This document shows positions 46,892-58,621 of a stretch of DNA of 64,000 bases, piece after piece (positions within the stretch are counted from its first letter, which is position 1; each line of letters opens with the position of its first letter). The translations under genes were made by a program, and so were the position numbers. Location: the IMG/VR virus record IMGVR_UViG_3300001687_001193; one strand, given 5' to 3'. The notes beneath the pieces are model-generated. The model was given only the letters and a program-made list of their open reading frames with translations. It was not told where the DNA came from and did no database searches. Origin of the DNA: a virus.

Positions 46892-47400
46892 GACCGATAA
46901 TAACCGACCCGGATGTTTTAAGAGATAGTTGTGAGGAAGCCAGTCTGTCGGAATATCCGGATATTATAAAAGAATTAGAAATCTCTCTTGCGGCGGCCGA
47001 GACTAAAGGAATTGGTTTAGCAGCCCCGCAAATAGGAATTAAGAAGCGTGTAGCAATAATTAGGATGGAAGAGCAATCCGTGGATCTCGTCAACCCGATT
47101 ATTGTCGAGAGAGATAAGGGCTTTGTCAATTTTGAAGAGGGGTGCCTCAGTTTGCCTGGGGTTTTGGTGAATACAAAAAGGCATAACGAGATATTTGTGA
47201 AAGACGACCTCAGACCGGAGGGCTTCGTAGTAACTGGCCTTGCTGCGGTTGCGGTTGCCCATGAATGTGATCATTGCGACGGCATTCTTATTACAGATCG
47301 GGCCGTCGGTAAGGAAAAAGTAGGTAGAAACGATCCCTGTCCTTGCGGCAGGGAGGTGAGTGGAAGACCTATAAAATATAAAAAATGTTGTGGGAGATAA
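46888..47400 (+). CDS. def: peptide deformylase fused to a C-terminal SEC-C-like Zn-binding motif
   Basis: GIGLAAPQIG, EGCLSLPG and HECDHCDG are the three PDF motifs. The C-terminus PCPCGREVSGRPIKYKKCCG parallels the SecA SEC-C motif CPCGSGKKYKxCHG. Confidence 0.7.
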   Translation: MRPIITDPDVLRDSCEEASLSEYPDIIKELEISLAAAETKGIGLAAPQIGIKKRVAIIRMEEQSVDLVNPIIVERDKGFVNFEEGCLSLPGVLVNTKRHNEIFVKDDLRPEGFVVTGLAAVAVAHECDHCDGILITDRAVGKEKVGRNDPCPCGREVSGRPIKYKKCCGR

Positions 47401-47401
47401 G

Positions 47402-47752
47402 ATGGCCAAAAAAAGAAGCACACACTCTATGAAAGAACTTATGGGTAGCAAAGAATTAGTGCGTGCAGAGCACATACGGATGCCGAAATATGTAATTAAA
47501 AAACCTGAGTTTTTCTGCCCTCTATCACCAATGATATTATGGCATCATGGCATGTCGTACAAAGAATGTCCTATTGGTCCTGAACACAGAGATATGATAG
47601 AATGTGAAAAGTGTAGGTGTAAAGGAAGTAGTAACGCTAGAACTAAAACTAGTAAAAAGGTTGTATACCGTCGCAAAAAAGATGTCCCTAAGATAGAAAA
47701 AGTGTCCAAGGGACCTACACCAAAGATAGGAAAAACATATAACTCTAAGTAA
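47402..47752 (+). CDS. small basic Cys-rich protein
   Basis: ATG after GGGAGA RBS. Contains CPL...CPIGPEHRDMIECEKCRC. Confidence 0.35.
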   Translation: MAKKRSTHSMKELMGSKELVRAEHIRMPKYVIKKPEFFCPLSPMILWHHGMSYKECPIGPEHRDMIECEKCRCKGSSNARTKTSKKVVYRRKKDVPKIEKVSKGPTPKIGKTYNSK

Positions 47753-47869
47753 ATTTTCGTTTGGCCAGCATACTAAACAAATGGTCGAAATCATTGAAAA
47801 TATTTAGTCTATTATTCTATTAATAATAAAGTAATTATGATATGTTGTTCCTTTCCTGGAGGCGAAAAT

Positions 47870-48166
47870 ATGGATACGAAATCCACCGGCAATGGTGATT
47901 TAATTCTCTTAAAATTCTGGGCTACGTGGTGCAGCCCGTGTAAAGTCATGGCACCAATCGTAGAAAAAGTTTTAAGCGAGGAAGACTTTAACAATGTTCA
48001 ACTCGTTAATATTAATGTAGACGAAGAGCCCGACGCGGCCAGGGAATACCGCATTAAAGCTATCCCAACTCTACTCCTAGTAAACAGTGATAAAAAGGTA
48101 ATCAATACGCTTGTCGGAAGCGCTAGTCTGGAGGAAGTCAAAGAATTCCTTTCTAGCAATCCTTAA
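47870..48166 (+). CDS. trx: thioredoxin
   Basis: FWATWCSPCKVMAP carries WCxPC. ATG after GGAGG RBS. Confidence 0.7.
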   Translation: MDTKSTGNGDLILLKFWATWCSPCKVMAPIVEKVLSEEDFNNVQLVNINVDEEPDAAREYRIKAIPTLLLVNSDKKVINTLVGSASLEEVKEFLSSNP

Positions 48167-48179
48167 GTCGGAGAAAACA

Positions 48180-49961
48180 ATGTCAAAATTAACGAAAGAC
48201 GACGTTCTCTCCTTCATTAGAGAGAAGGAGGACAAGGATCTTTCTGCGTCTGTGGTTAGAAAGGCGGATCCGTCTGCCTATTACGCAGGACAAAAACTGT
48301 TCGGGTCGTGGGGTAAGGCTATAGAGGCGGCTGGGCGGAACTATTCTAGTATCCGTGTTGATAACAAATCTAAGTCAAAATGGACTAAAGAAGACGTAAT
48401 TCAACAGCTTACGAAGCTCCCAGAAGACGATCTAATCGATAAAAACCTGCGTAAGAAACACGGCGGACTATACACTGCTTGTTTAAGATTGTTCGGTTCC
48501 AGGAAAAATGCCATTACTGCTGCAGGCATCGACTACGAAAACACGCTTATACATATACCGTGGACTAAAAGTCGCGTTATAAATGCTATCCAAGTCTTCT
48601 ATTTAAATAATGTTCCATTAAATTATAAGTTTATCAATACTTATCATACTCGATTGCGCAAGAGGGCAGAGAAATTCTTCGATTCTTGGGGCAATGCTGT
48701 AGAGGCAGCCGGTCTGAACTACGAAGAAATTAAGAAAAACAAGGGCTGGGGAAAGCCTTTTATTGGAGAAGATGGCACCCTGTACGAATCTCAGACCAAA
48801 GGCTTGGTTAGCAACGAGCTTTATAGCCTTAAACAAGACGGCAAGATACTAGACTACTTACCCAATCAGGATATATCTCCGGGCCGGAATTTATCTTGTG
48901 ACTTTGTAGCCGTTCTAACGAACGGAGCGAAGTTTTGGTTAGAGGTCGACGGCCCTGGCGATCATAGAAGCGATCTAGAACAACTCCACGAGAGAATAGA
49001 ATTTTATGAAAAAGCGAATTACCTATATCAGAAGGTCGCTTCGCATAGAAACTTGGCTATTATTATAGAGAGACTTACAAACTGGTTTACTATTCCTTTA
49101 GAAGACTCACTGATAACTACACATAAAAATCCAGACGGCGACGCCTTGTCATCTGCTAGGGCAGTATATGATCACCTCTTGGAACATGGCAAACACGCAG
49201 CGATAAGGCTGCATGGCGAGATACCTAAAAATTTAGAGTGGATTATTGACGGGACAGAAGTTATTAAGAAAGTGCCAGACTGGACCCAAAATGTGATTGT
49301 TCTAGATTGTGCTCCGGCTAAAGATAGGATTGGCTGGGACATCCCAGAAAACTTGCCAATATACAACATCGACCATCATATGTCTAGAATAACTGATAAT
49401 GATCCTGACAGTAATATTCATGTAATAAAAAGTTGTAGCACCGCTGCATTATTATATAGTAGATTTGGCATAAAAAATGATATCTTGGCAGTTGGGGTAT
49501 ACACCGACACCTTCTTTACAAAACACATATCAGAGGTATTCTATTTCATAGACGATTTTAATATCGATGAGGAAAAACTAAATTCGTTTATTTCAAGAGT
49601 AAATGTAAACACCGATAGAAAGGTATGGGACATCCTCACTACGGCCAAGATTAGGAAATGCAGAAATGGATTTGTTATTGTGGAAACGGAAGATTTTGGA
49701 TCTCCAGACGTGCTAGAGTCTGTAATGCAAATACTCTCTAAGTTAAACGAATCGGTATGCTTTATATATGGTAAACATAAAATGGTAAAACTACGCACAT
49801 CGAATGCCAAGTTGGATCTGTCGCAAATAGCGAAGTCTTATTCTGGCGGCGGTCATCCGTATGCCTCCATGTGCCAGGTAAATGGCAAAGTGTCCGAATT
49901 TAAGAATAAGATAATTGCACTGGACGTCCAAAGTACGGATGGATATGGAAGCGATGCCTGA
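48180..49961 (+). CDS. DHH-family phosphoesterase (NrnA-like oligoribonuclease / pAp phosphatase) with N-terminal triple-repeat domain
   Basis: HKNPDGDALSSARAV matches motif II/III. VIVLDCA and NIDHHMS give the DHH motif. The N-terminus has three repeats of xxFGSWGKAIEAAGxNY. Confidence 0.55.
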   Translation: MSKLTKDDVLSFIREKEDKDLSASVVRKADPSAYYAGQKLFGSWGKAIEAAGRNYSSIRVDNKSKSKWTKEDVIQQLTKLPEDDLIDKNLRKKHGGLYTACLRLFGSRKNAITAAGIDYENTLIHIPWTKSRVINAIQVFYLNNVPLNYKFINTYHTRLRKRAEKFFDSWGNAVEAAGLNYEEIKKNKGWGKPFIGEDGTLYESQTKGLVSNELYSLKQDGKILDYLPNQDISPGRNLSCDFVAVLTNGAKFWLEVDGPGDHRSDLEQLHERIEFYEKANYLYQKVASHRNLAIIIERLTNWFTIPLEDSLITTHKNPDGDALSSARAVYDHLLEHGKHAAIRLHGEIPKNLEWIIDGTEVIKKVPDWTQNVIVLDCAPAKDRIGWDIPENLPIYNIDHHMSRITDNDPDSNIHVIKSCSTAALLYSRFGIKNDILAVGVYTDTFFTKHISEVFYFIDDFNIDEEKLNSFISRVNVNTDRKVWDILTTAKIRKCRNGFVIVETEDFGSPDVLESVMQILSKLNESVCFIYGKHKMVKLRTSNAKLDLSQIAKSYSGGGHPYASMCQVNGKVSEFKNKIIALDVQSTDGYGSDA

Positions 49962-50247
49962 CGAGCGATGTGCACTGTGTGAACGTGATGTACCTTTTCT
50001 TACCGATCACCATGTAATTCCAAAGAGTCGCGGTGGTAAAGAATTGATAGCAATTTGTAGGGATTGTCACAGACAGCTACATGCATTGTTTGACAATAAA
50101 ACGCTGGAGCGACAATTTAATAACATAAAAGCTATAATGGAAGACGATAATTTCTGTAAGTATCTGAAATGGGTAAGAAAACGGCCGTTCGGGGTGGTTC
50201 ATAAGGCCAAAAGAGCGAGGGCGAGGGAGCGCGGCAGGCGCGATTAG
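49915..50247 (+). mobile_element. HNH endonuclease (free-standing); true start probably a few codons downstream
   Basis: CALCERDVPFLTDHHVIPKSRGG...AICRDCHRQLH is a complete HNH motif. Confidence 0.6.
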
Positions 50248-50418
50248 GTTATCAATAATCTCACATTATACTAGAGAGGAAGGCTATGTGGAGGACACGC
50301 CAGCATGGATTTTCTTTTAGGAGTTGTTTTCGGCATGATAGCCGGACCATTTATGTGGGAACTTGGAAAGTGGGGTTATAGAAAACTATTGGGACTATAG
50401 TTTTTCTGAGGATTGTAG

Positions 50419-50961
50419 ATGATTGAACGCAAGCATCGCGAAGAGTCTTTGGGTCAGAAAGGCTTGGTAATATGGTTTACTGGTTTGAGTGGCGCTGGCA
50501 AATCGACTATTGCTAGTGCGCTAGAAGAAGCCCTATATGCTAAAGGTCGGAAGGCATATATACTTGACGGAGATGTATTAAGGCGTGGCATTAACAAGGA
50601 CCTTGGATTGTCTCCTGAAGACCGCAGCGAGAATATCAGACGTGCATCGGAAATAGCGGCGCTTTTCGCGGACGCTGGACTTATATGTATATGCGCTTTC
50701 ATATCGCCATACAACGAAGACAGGATTGCTGCGAGGAAAGTTGCCGGCGACAATTTCTTGGAGATATTTGTAAAGTGTACGTTAGAAGAATGCCGAAGGA
50801 GAGACCCAAAGGGTCTGTATGCCAGGTTTGACAGGGGCGAATTCGTTGGTATGACGGGCATAGACGCCCCGTATGAGGCGCCCACCTACCCCGATTTAAT
50901 AGTAGATACGGATAAAAGCGACGTTGCTAGTTGCGTGGAAAAGATCCTAGCAAAAATTTAA
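50419..50961 (+). CDS. cysC: adenylyl-sulfate (APS) kinase
   Basis: GLVIWFTGLSGAGKSTIA parallels APS kinase GxxxWxTGLSGSGKST. Downstream DGDxxR is present as LDGDVLRRGIN. Confidence 0.75.
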   Translation: MIERKHREESLGQKGLVIWFTGLSGAGKSTIASALEEALYAKGRKAYILDGDVLRRGINKDLGLSPEDRSENIRRASEIAALFADAGLICICAFISPYNEDRIAARKVAGDNFLEIFVKCTLEECRRRDPKGLYARFDRGEFVGMTGIDAPYEAPTYPDLIVDTDKSDVASCVEKILAKI

Positions 50962-50969
50962 TTCTTTAG

Positions 50970-53116
<2,147 letters not shown>

Positions 53117-54155
53117 AGGGGTGGAAGGTGCAGTTATTTGGGGCGTGGAAAGTTATCACTGGGCCAGATTTTAATACCATGTTTAATATGTCCGATGGTC
53201 GGACATATACGTGGGGTGCTAGGTTTGAAGATGACCCACAGTTTTGCCCGATCGGTCCACTTATTTTAGATATAGAAGTGTCCACCATCTGTAACGGAAG
53301 TTGTTCCTTTTGTTATAAGTCTAATACATCTCGGGGCAAGAACATGACTCTCGACACATTTAAGGAGATCTTCCACAAGATCCCGGTCAATCTTACACAG
53401 ATAGCATTTGGAATTGGTGCATTAGATGCAAATCCTGACTTGTGGGACATTATGAGATATTGTCGCGAGAACGACTATAATAAGGTTGTGCCAAACATAA
53501 CTATTAACGGCATTGACTTTACTTCGACACAAGCCGACAAGTTGGTGGAAATATGCGGTGCCGTAGCTGTTAGCCATTACAGTGACAACAATTGTTTCCG
53601 TGCCGTCAAAATGCTGTCTGATAGAGGCTTAAAACAAGTTAATATTCACAAGTTGCTGTGTAAAGAGACTCTAGACTCTTGTTTTACGCTGATCGATGAT
53701 GCGAAAAGTGACGAAAGACTTCGTGGGCTGAATGCGATCGTATTCCTGTTAATGAAACCCAAGGGAAAAAGAAATAAGTTTCACCAACTTACATCCCTGG
53801 GAGAATATAGGAAACTTATAGACTACGCATTCGACAAAGACGTATCCATAGGGTTTGATAGCTGTAGCGCGCCATCTTTCTTGAAGGCAATAAAAGGCAG
53901 AGATAACTATGACATGTTAGAAAAGGTGGCTGAGCCGTGCGAGAGTACTTGTTTCAGTGCGTACATCGACGTGGATGGTGGAGTTTGGCCGTGTAGTTTC
54001 TGTGAAGATCACAAGGATATTAAGCCTTTGAACATTTTGGATACAGACGATTTCATGGACGAAGTTTGGAATGGGGAGCAATACTCTAATTTCCGTTCGA
54101 AGTTATTAGACGGCGGCGCATGTAGAGAATGCCCGGTATTCGATTTGGAGATGAA

Positions 54156-54419
54156 ATGAAATTTAGAAAAGGTTTTGTGAGCAACAGTAGCAGTTCGTCT
54201 TTCTCTATCTCGATCAGCGACATTACAGCCATGCAGCTACAGATGATTAGGGCGCACGTCGATATTTCGGAAGCCCTAGGAGAGCACGTAACAGATCCGT
54301 GGTATATATACATAGAAGGCGATGACTTAATTGGAAATACTTATATGGATAATTTTGACATGCGCAAATTTCTTACTAATGTAGTCGGGGTACAAGAAGA
54401 TTCTATAAAGTGGGGGTAA
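54156..54419 (+). CDS. MKIRxGFVSNSSSSSF-family protein, paralogue 1
   Basis: N-terminus MKFRKGFVSNSSSSSFSISI. GGAG RBS. Overlaps the rSAM stop codon. Confidence 0.55.
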   Translation: MKFRKGFVSNSSSSSFSISISDITAMQLQMIRAHVDISEALGEHVTDPWYIYIEGDDLIGNTYMDNFDMRKFLTNVVGVQEDSIKWG

Positions 54420-54422
54420 CTC

Positions 54423-54656
54423 ATGGATCGCACATATAAAGATGAATCACAAAATCAACGCAATGATAAAGATGCTATAGACGCCTTAATTAGATCACAC
54501 ATTGGCAAAGTAGTTGGGATCAGGTCGCCAAAGGGTCTTCTAATTTACAAGGCCCCTCTTCTTCATTGTGATGGGAAGCGAGTAGCGGTAAACGCATACG
54601 ACGGTATTCATATCTGTGACCTAAGCACATATTGCTTAGAGTTACTAAAAACTTAA
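54423..54656 (+). CDS. small hypothetical protein (lacks the family tag)
   Basis: ORF between paralogues 1 and 2. Confidence 0.3.
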   Translation: MDRTYKDESQNQRNDKDAIDALIRSHIGKVVGIRSPKGLLIYKAPLLHCDGKRVAVNAYDGIHICDLSTYCLELLKT

Positions 54657-54672
54657 AATAGAGATAAATTAC

Positions 54673-55104
54673 ATGAAGATAAGAAACGGTTTTGTAAGTA
54701 ATTCTAGCAGCTCTAGCTATACTATCGTTATGAAGGGCGATCCCACAAAGGAGCGTTTTCTTGATATTCTAGGGCTGCGGGAGGGATCCCCATTATATAA
54801 TGCGTATGGAGAACTCTTTAATTACTGTATTAATTCTGAGTGGGGATGGTTAGCAACGAACGAAGAAGAATTTTTAAATGCCTTGAAAGAGCAGTATCAT
54901 ATAGACGAAATAGACATACAGCCCGGTGGCAATTACCACGATGACGGCGAGTGGCTGGACCAACTGAAAATGATTAAAACTGGACACATTATACTTAGCA
55001 TTTTACTAAGTGACAACGAGTGTGATCTCGAGGTGCAATACGGCGGAATGTTGCGCTGTATATCGGATTCTGATCATATTCGGATAATGCATGACCCAAG
55101 GTAA
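54673..55104 (+). CDS. MKIRxGFVSNSSSSSF-family protein, paralogue 2
   Basis: N-terminus MKIRNGFVSNSSSSSYTIVM. Confidence 0.55.
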   Translation: MKIRNGFVSNSSSSSYTIVMKGDPTKERFLDILGLREGSPLYNAYGELFNYCINSEWGWLATNEEEFLNALKEQYHIDEIDIQPGGNYHDDGEWLDQLKMIKTGHIILSILLSDNECDLEVQYGGMLRCISDSDHIRIMHDPR

Positions 55105-55116
55105 TGGAGTGTTGTA

Positions 55117-55500
55117 ATGAAAATTAGAGAAGGTTTTGTAAGTAATAGTTCCTCGTCCTCATTTGTGGCCGTTTGTACAAACCGCGAGGACCCAATTAAT
55201 CAATTTTTGTCTCATCTTGGATTTCCCAGCGAGGGCGAATTACAAGAGGCAGTATACGAGGGCGATCCGAATTTCAAGGAAACGAATTATGGGATATATC
55301 GCCATGTGCCGTCGAAGCTGGAAATTTATGTGTCGTGTGGAGAGGTGTACTGGATTGGTCTCGATGTCGAGAAAATGTTAGTAAGTGATATGAGAGTCAG
55401 TGAGTGCAAGCAAACAGTTATTCAACTGTTTGCTAGTATCGGTATAAAGTTGACATCAGAAGATTTGATGTTCAGGTCTGGCCAGTGTTCTTCGGAGTAG
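55117..55500 (+). CDS. MKIRxGFVSNSSSSSF-family protein, paralogue 3
   Basis: N-terminus MKIREGFVSNSSSSSFVAV. Confidence 0.55.
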   Translation: MKIREGFVSNSSSSSFVAVCTNREDPINQFLSHLGFPSEGELQEAVYEGDPNFKETNYGIYRHVPSKLEIYVSCGEVYWIGLDVEKMLVSDMRVSECKQTVIQLFASIGIKLTSEDLMFRSGQCSSE

Positions 55501-55504
55501 AATA

Positions 55505-55900
55505 ATGAAAACAAGGAAAGGGTTCGTCAGCAATAGTAGCAGTTCTAGTTTCGTATGTATGGTATGTGGTGAGGACTTTGTAGGATGGGACGGAATGTAT
55601 GATGGTGTAGAGCAATGCGATTGTACGAACGGGCACACTTTGTGTAGCAGGGATAAAGTTAAAGCCGAGTTGACCCCGGAAGAAAAAGAAGTTCCTAGAT
55701 ACGGTGATATACATCCCAAAGAATGCCCAATATGTACAATGCAAGTCGTATTATCAGAAGAATTGGTGCAATTTTTACTCAAAAAATACAATATAGGAAA
55801 AGAAGACATTTTGGAAGAAATACAAGCCAGTTTCCGTGGCGATTACAAGAAATTTAGGGAATGGATAGGAATGGAACTATGTACCGGGCCGGTTTTGTGA
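55505..55900 (+). CDS. MKIRxGFVSNSSSSSF-family protein, paralogue 4, with Zn-ribbon (CxxC...CxxC) body
   Basis: N-terminus MKTRKGFVSNSSSSSFVCMVCGEDF. Later CDCTNGHTLCS and ECPICTM. Confidence 0.55.
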   Translation: MKTRKGFVSNSSSSSFVCMVCGEDFVGWDGMYDGVEQCDCTNGHTLCSRDKVKAELTPEEKEVPRYGDIHPKECPICTMQVVLSEELVQFLLKKYNIGKEDILEEIQASFRGDYKKFREWIGMELCTGPVL

Positions 55901-56223
55901 GCAATTCCAGCAGCGCCTCATTTACTATCAAAGTAGGGAATTTGTCCGTAGACCAGTTAACTAGCATTAAAAACGCCTTGTCGGACAAAAGAGAGAATAT
56001 TTGGGGGTTCGTCAAATTAATGGGCTATCTTAACCTCGATTATGATTGGGGCGATCATTGGACGGTCATCATGTTTGATGACAAAATCATAGGTGATACC
56101 TCGTGCAATAATGGGGATATAGACAAATTTTTTGACGAGTTATCAATTCCAAGAGAAAAAGTAAATTTCTGGGATGAGAGCGACGATCCGCTACTGGATG
56201 AGGAATTAGAAGATGAAGATTAG
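55879..56223 (+). CDS. MKIRxGFVSNSSSSSF-family protein, paralogue 5 (start 55879 or 55861)
   Basis: N-terminus MYRAGFVSNSSSASFTIKV. Acidic C-terminus. Confidence 0.5.
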   Translation: MYRAGFVSNSSSASFTIKVGNLSVDQLTSIKNALSDKRENIWGFVKLMGYLNLDYDWGDHWTVIMFDDKIIGDTSCNNGDIDKFFDELSIPREKVNFWDESDDPLLDEELEDED

Positions 56224-56647
56224 GGGTGGCTTCGTAAGCAACAGTAGTAGCTCTTCCTTTATAGTAAAGGACCACGACCTGGACACCACCGGGAAGGTGG
56301 CTTTAATGATGGTAGCAAAAATTGCAGAGGAGTGGGTGGCTGAAGGGGAACAGACAACTAACGAGTTAGAGCGAGCGATAGATTTTTTGTACGAAAATCT
56401 AAATATAGACGACCCGATTTGTTTCCCTTGGTCTACCAATTACGAGACGTTCATTTGGCGCCGGTCAGACGGCTCAATTTTCGTGGACACATGTAATAAC
56501 AACGACTGGATCGACGTGTTGGATGTAGAGTATTCTGATATCGACCACTACGATATCCGTAAGGAACGCGAGAACATTGCGTTCACAGATTTATGCTTTG
56601 ATCTGAGTAGTTTGATGGAAAGAAATCCATTAAGGGGGCAAACATGA
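56213..56647 (+). CDS. MKIRxGFVSNSSSSSF-family protein, paralogue 6
   Basis: N-terminus MKIRGGFVSNSSSSSFIVK. Confidence 0.55.
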   Translation: MKIRGGFVSNSSSSSFIVKDHDLDTTGKVALMMVAKIAEEWVAEGEQTTNELERAIDFLYENLNIDDPICFPWSTNYETFIWRRSDGSIFVDTCNNNDWIDVLDVEYSDIDHYDIRKERENIAFTDLCFDLSSLMERNPLRGQT

Positions 56648-56871
56648 AAGTGCGCTATGGTTTTGTGAGTAATTCCAGTTCGTCAGCATTTGTAATTTCG
56701 TTGGACGATTTGACGATGTATCAGCTACATGAACTTAGCAAATACTTTACGCTTCAAGTATCTTTTAGCGAAGCTAAGGTAGTGTTGCCTGGAGGTACAG
56801 GGGTTGCAAGGGATATCTTAAATTCGCTTGAAATTCCGCCTGATTCTATTAAATGGACGAACGTAGAATAG
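56644..56871 (+). CDS. MKIRxGFVSNSSSSSF-family protein, paralogue 7 (short)
   Basis: N-terminus MKVRYGFVSNSSSSAFVISL. Confidence 0.55.
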   Translation: MKVRYGFVSNSSSSAFVISLDDLTMYQLHELSKYFTLQVSFSEAKVVLPGGTGVARDILNSLEIPPDSIKWTNVE

Positions 56872-56882
56872 GAGTATAATAT

Positions 56883-57059
56883 ATGTCCGAATTTGTAGTG
56901 ATTTGGTTATTCACATTTGTATTTGCCATAGCTGGAGCTGGATGGGGTTGGCTTGCATTTAGGGCCTGGGAACATAAGTTCCGTTTCTTGGCGGTTATCT
57001 ATTCCATAGGCACCGTATTAATGTTCTGGCTAATGTTTAGTATATGGAGAGATACATGA
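56883..57059 (+). CDS. small membrane protein (58 aa, two transmembrane helices)
   Basis: AGGAG RBS. Not in the supplied ORF track. Translation MSEFVVIWLFTFVFAIAGAGWGWLAF... Confidence 0.4.
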   Translation: MSEFVVIWLFTFVFAIAGAGWGWLAFRAWEHKFRFLAVIYSIGTVLMFWLMFSIWRDT

Positions 57060-57514
57060 AAATACGTCGTTGTTTTGTAAGTAATTCTAGTTCTTCTTCT
57101 TTTATATGCGAAGTCTGTAGGGAATGTGAGGCTGGATTTGTGACGTTAGCCGACACGTGTATGGTCGAGTGCGAACGAGCCCACATATGTTGTAGTAGCC
57201 ATATAGATGGTCTCACAAGCTGGTTAGAAGAGTTTGATACACGACTTAAAGAAGAACTAGAGGCCGCCAAAGAAGAAAAAAGGCCCCCTACTATGAGCCT
57301 CTACGACAGGTCGTATATTCCTGCTGAACTTTGCCCTGTGTGTATGCTATTAGTTTTATCTCTAGACGACGAGTTGTCATATTACAGGATGAGATTCAAC
57401 ATGAGCCCGGAGGATATATTAGAAGATATTATCGAGACATTCGGTAGCTATAGGGAATTCCGGACCGCTTTAAACGATGCAGCCAGCACTAGAAGGAAAA
57501 GGAGGGAAGAGTAA
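57056..57514 (+). CDS. MKIRxGFVSNSSSSSF-family protein, paralogue 8, with Zn-ribbon body
   Basis: N-terminus MKIRRCFVSNSSSSSFICEVCREC after a GGAGAG RBS. Later CERAHICCSSH and CPVCM. Confidence 0.55.
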   Translation: MKIRRCFVSNSSSSSFICEVCRECEAGFVTLADTCMVECERAHICCSSHIDGLTSWLEEFDTRLKEELEAAKEEKRPPTMSLYDRSYIPAELCPVCMLLVLSLDDELSYYRMRFNMSPEDILEDIIETFGSYREFRTALNDAASTRRKRREE

Positions 57515-57753
57515 ATGTCATGGGAAGGAAAATTAATGCAACGATTGTATGATACAGGAGAAGATCCGGATGCTATTGCCGGACCATTCTAGGTCAATAG
57601 GGCGACCATATCGTGCGCGTGAACTCAGGCCGCGCGCCTTCCGCTTTTTAGACCGGGAATTTCCACAGTTTGTCTTTTCATTCTGGGTATTTAGTAGTTA
57701 AATGTCGACATTTTCCGAAATGTCGTAATATAAAGGATGTACAAGGAAAGATT

Positions 57754-57978
57754 ATGAGTACTATACCATTTGCGATACTTGATGTCGTGTGCTGGAGAGA
57801 GGGTATGGTGGTAGAATACGCAGGATGCATATATATAAGAAGACTGGAGGGAGAAGAATACGCGGTAGGACACAATGACGAATCACCGGATAAAGAGGAA
57901 ATCTTTGAGCATCCGGCTCCAGCGGTAGAGAGATTTCTTCAAAGGGTAAGAGAGTTTGGTTCGTGCCGCTCGAGGTAA
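57754..57978 (+). CDS. hypothetical protein
   Basis: ATG after AAGGAAAG RBS. Confidence 0.35.
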   Translation: MSTIPFAILDVVCWREGMVVEYAGCIYIRRLEGEEYAVGHNDESPDKEEIFEHPAPAVERFLQRVREFGSCRSR

Positions 57979-57991
57979 CTAGAGTTTCAAG

Positions 57992-58207
57992 ATGAAGAAT
58001 GTTAAACACGGGTATGCCGTTGTTCGCATAGATTACTTCCAGTATGGCGATAAGCAGCACACAGCGGACACTATAGCAGCAATGGTAAGAATAAAAAGGA
58101 TTATGTGGGATTGGAAGGAAGCTAAAAGGGAAGTCGCTAGGCTCAATCACTTAAACGAGTCCAAAGACTGTAAATACTTCTGCCAAATCACACGAGTAGA
58201 TATTTAA
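57992..58207 (+). CDS. hypothetical protein
   Basis: ORF directly upstream of the tRNA region. Confidence 0.35.
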   Translation: MKNVKHGYAVVRIDYFQYGDKQHTADTIAAMVRIKRIMWDWKEAKREVARLNHLNESKDCKYFCQITRVDI

Positions 58208-58208
58208 T

Positions 58209-58312
58209 GCGGAGAGAGCGTTGGTAGGCTAGATGGTTCCATTTTGGTTTCTAAGGCCGTCTCAACCAAGATTCATGTTCTTGGCTACGGGGGTTCGATT
58301 CCCTCCTCCGCC
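58209..58312 (+). tRNA. tRNA-like gene, atypically long (104 nt): acceptor and T-arm clear, interior contains extra stem-loops (possible long variable arm and/or small insertion)
   Basis: Acceptor GCGGAGA pairs with CCTCCGC (6 of 7 bp). D-arm AGC-GTTGGTAG-GCT. T-arm GGGGG-TTCGATT-CCCTC. Internal stems GATGG/CCGTC and CCAAG/CTTGG. Confidence 0.4.
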
Positions 58313-58472
58313 TCAGGTAATGGAAGGCTAAGTTTGAACTGGGCTCGTTAGATAAGAATATTAGGAATTTATACAATTTATATTTTATGTTAATGGTTTT
58401 ATATAATAGACTACGAATTTTTTATATATGCTCCAGACATACTTAGCCTGTTGCCAATTGACAATACCCCAC

Positions 58473-58493
58473 GGTCCAACAAAGAGATACTTC
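58473..58493 (+). promoter_or_regulatory. copy 1 of conserved 21-nt element GGTCCAgtNNAGnGnTACTTC
   Basis: Sequence GGTCCAACAAAGAGATACTTC, the most divergent copy. Confidence 0.35.
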
Positions 58494-58549
58494 TTTTCAT
58501 ATTGCCAAAGACCCTTTTTGTGTTATTTCCTGGGTAACTAACAAAAATT

Positions 58550-58621
58550 TCCACGGTCCAGTAGAGGAATACTTCGAGAACTGAAAATTCTTGCAACCAG
58601 GTTCGAGTCCTGGGATCCCCG
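58550..58621 (+). tRNA. tRNA-Phe(GAA)-like element with canonical anticodon and T arms but no pairing acceptor stem (pseudo-tRNA or atypical)
   Basis: Anticodon arm GAGAA-CTGAAAA-TTCTT. Variable loop GCAA. T-arm CCAGG-TTCGAGT-CCTGG. D-arm-like CAGT-AGAGGAAT-ACTT lies inside the conserved element. The 5' heptamer TCCACGG does not pair with the 3' GATCCCC. Confidence 0.3.
58555..58575 (+). promoter_or_regulatory. copy 2 of conserved 21-nt element
   Basis: Sequence GGTCCAGTAGAGGAATACTTC. Confidence 0.4.

Noticed and set aside
58209-58312. tmRNA (ssrA) interpretation of the long tRNA-like RNAs
   Set aside because: tmRNA needs a tag-peptide reading frame ending in a stop and a G-rich 5' acceptor with an alanine identity pair. 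Neither the 104-nt nor the 119-nt element is long enough or contains an obvious ANDENYALAA-like frame.
58550-58556. Reading the conserved 21-nt element simply as the shared 5' acceptor/D-arm of paralogous tRNAs
   Set aside because: In copies 2 and 3 the heptamers that would form the 5' acceptor strand do not pair with the 3' strands after the T-arm. Copies 1 and 4 have no downstream T-loop at all. The element is therefore not explained by tRNA structure.
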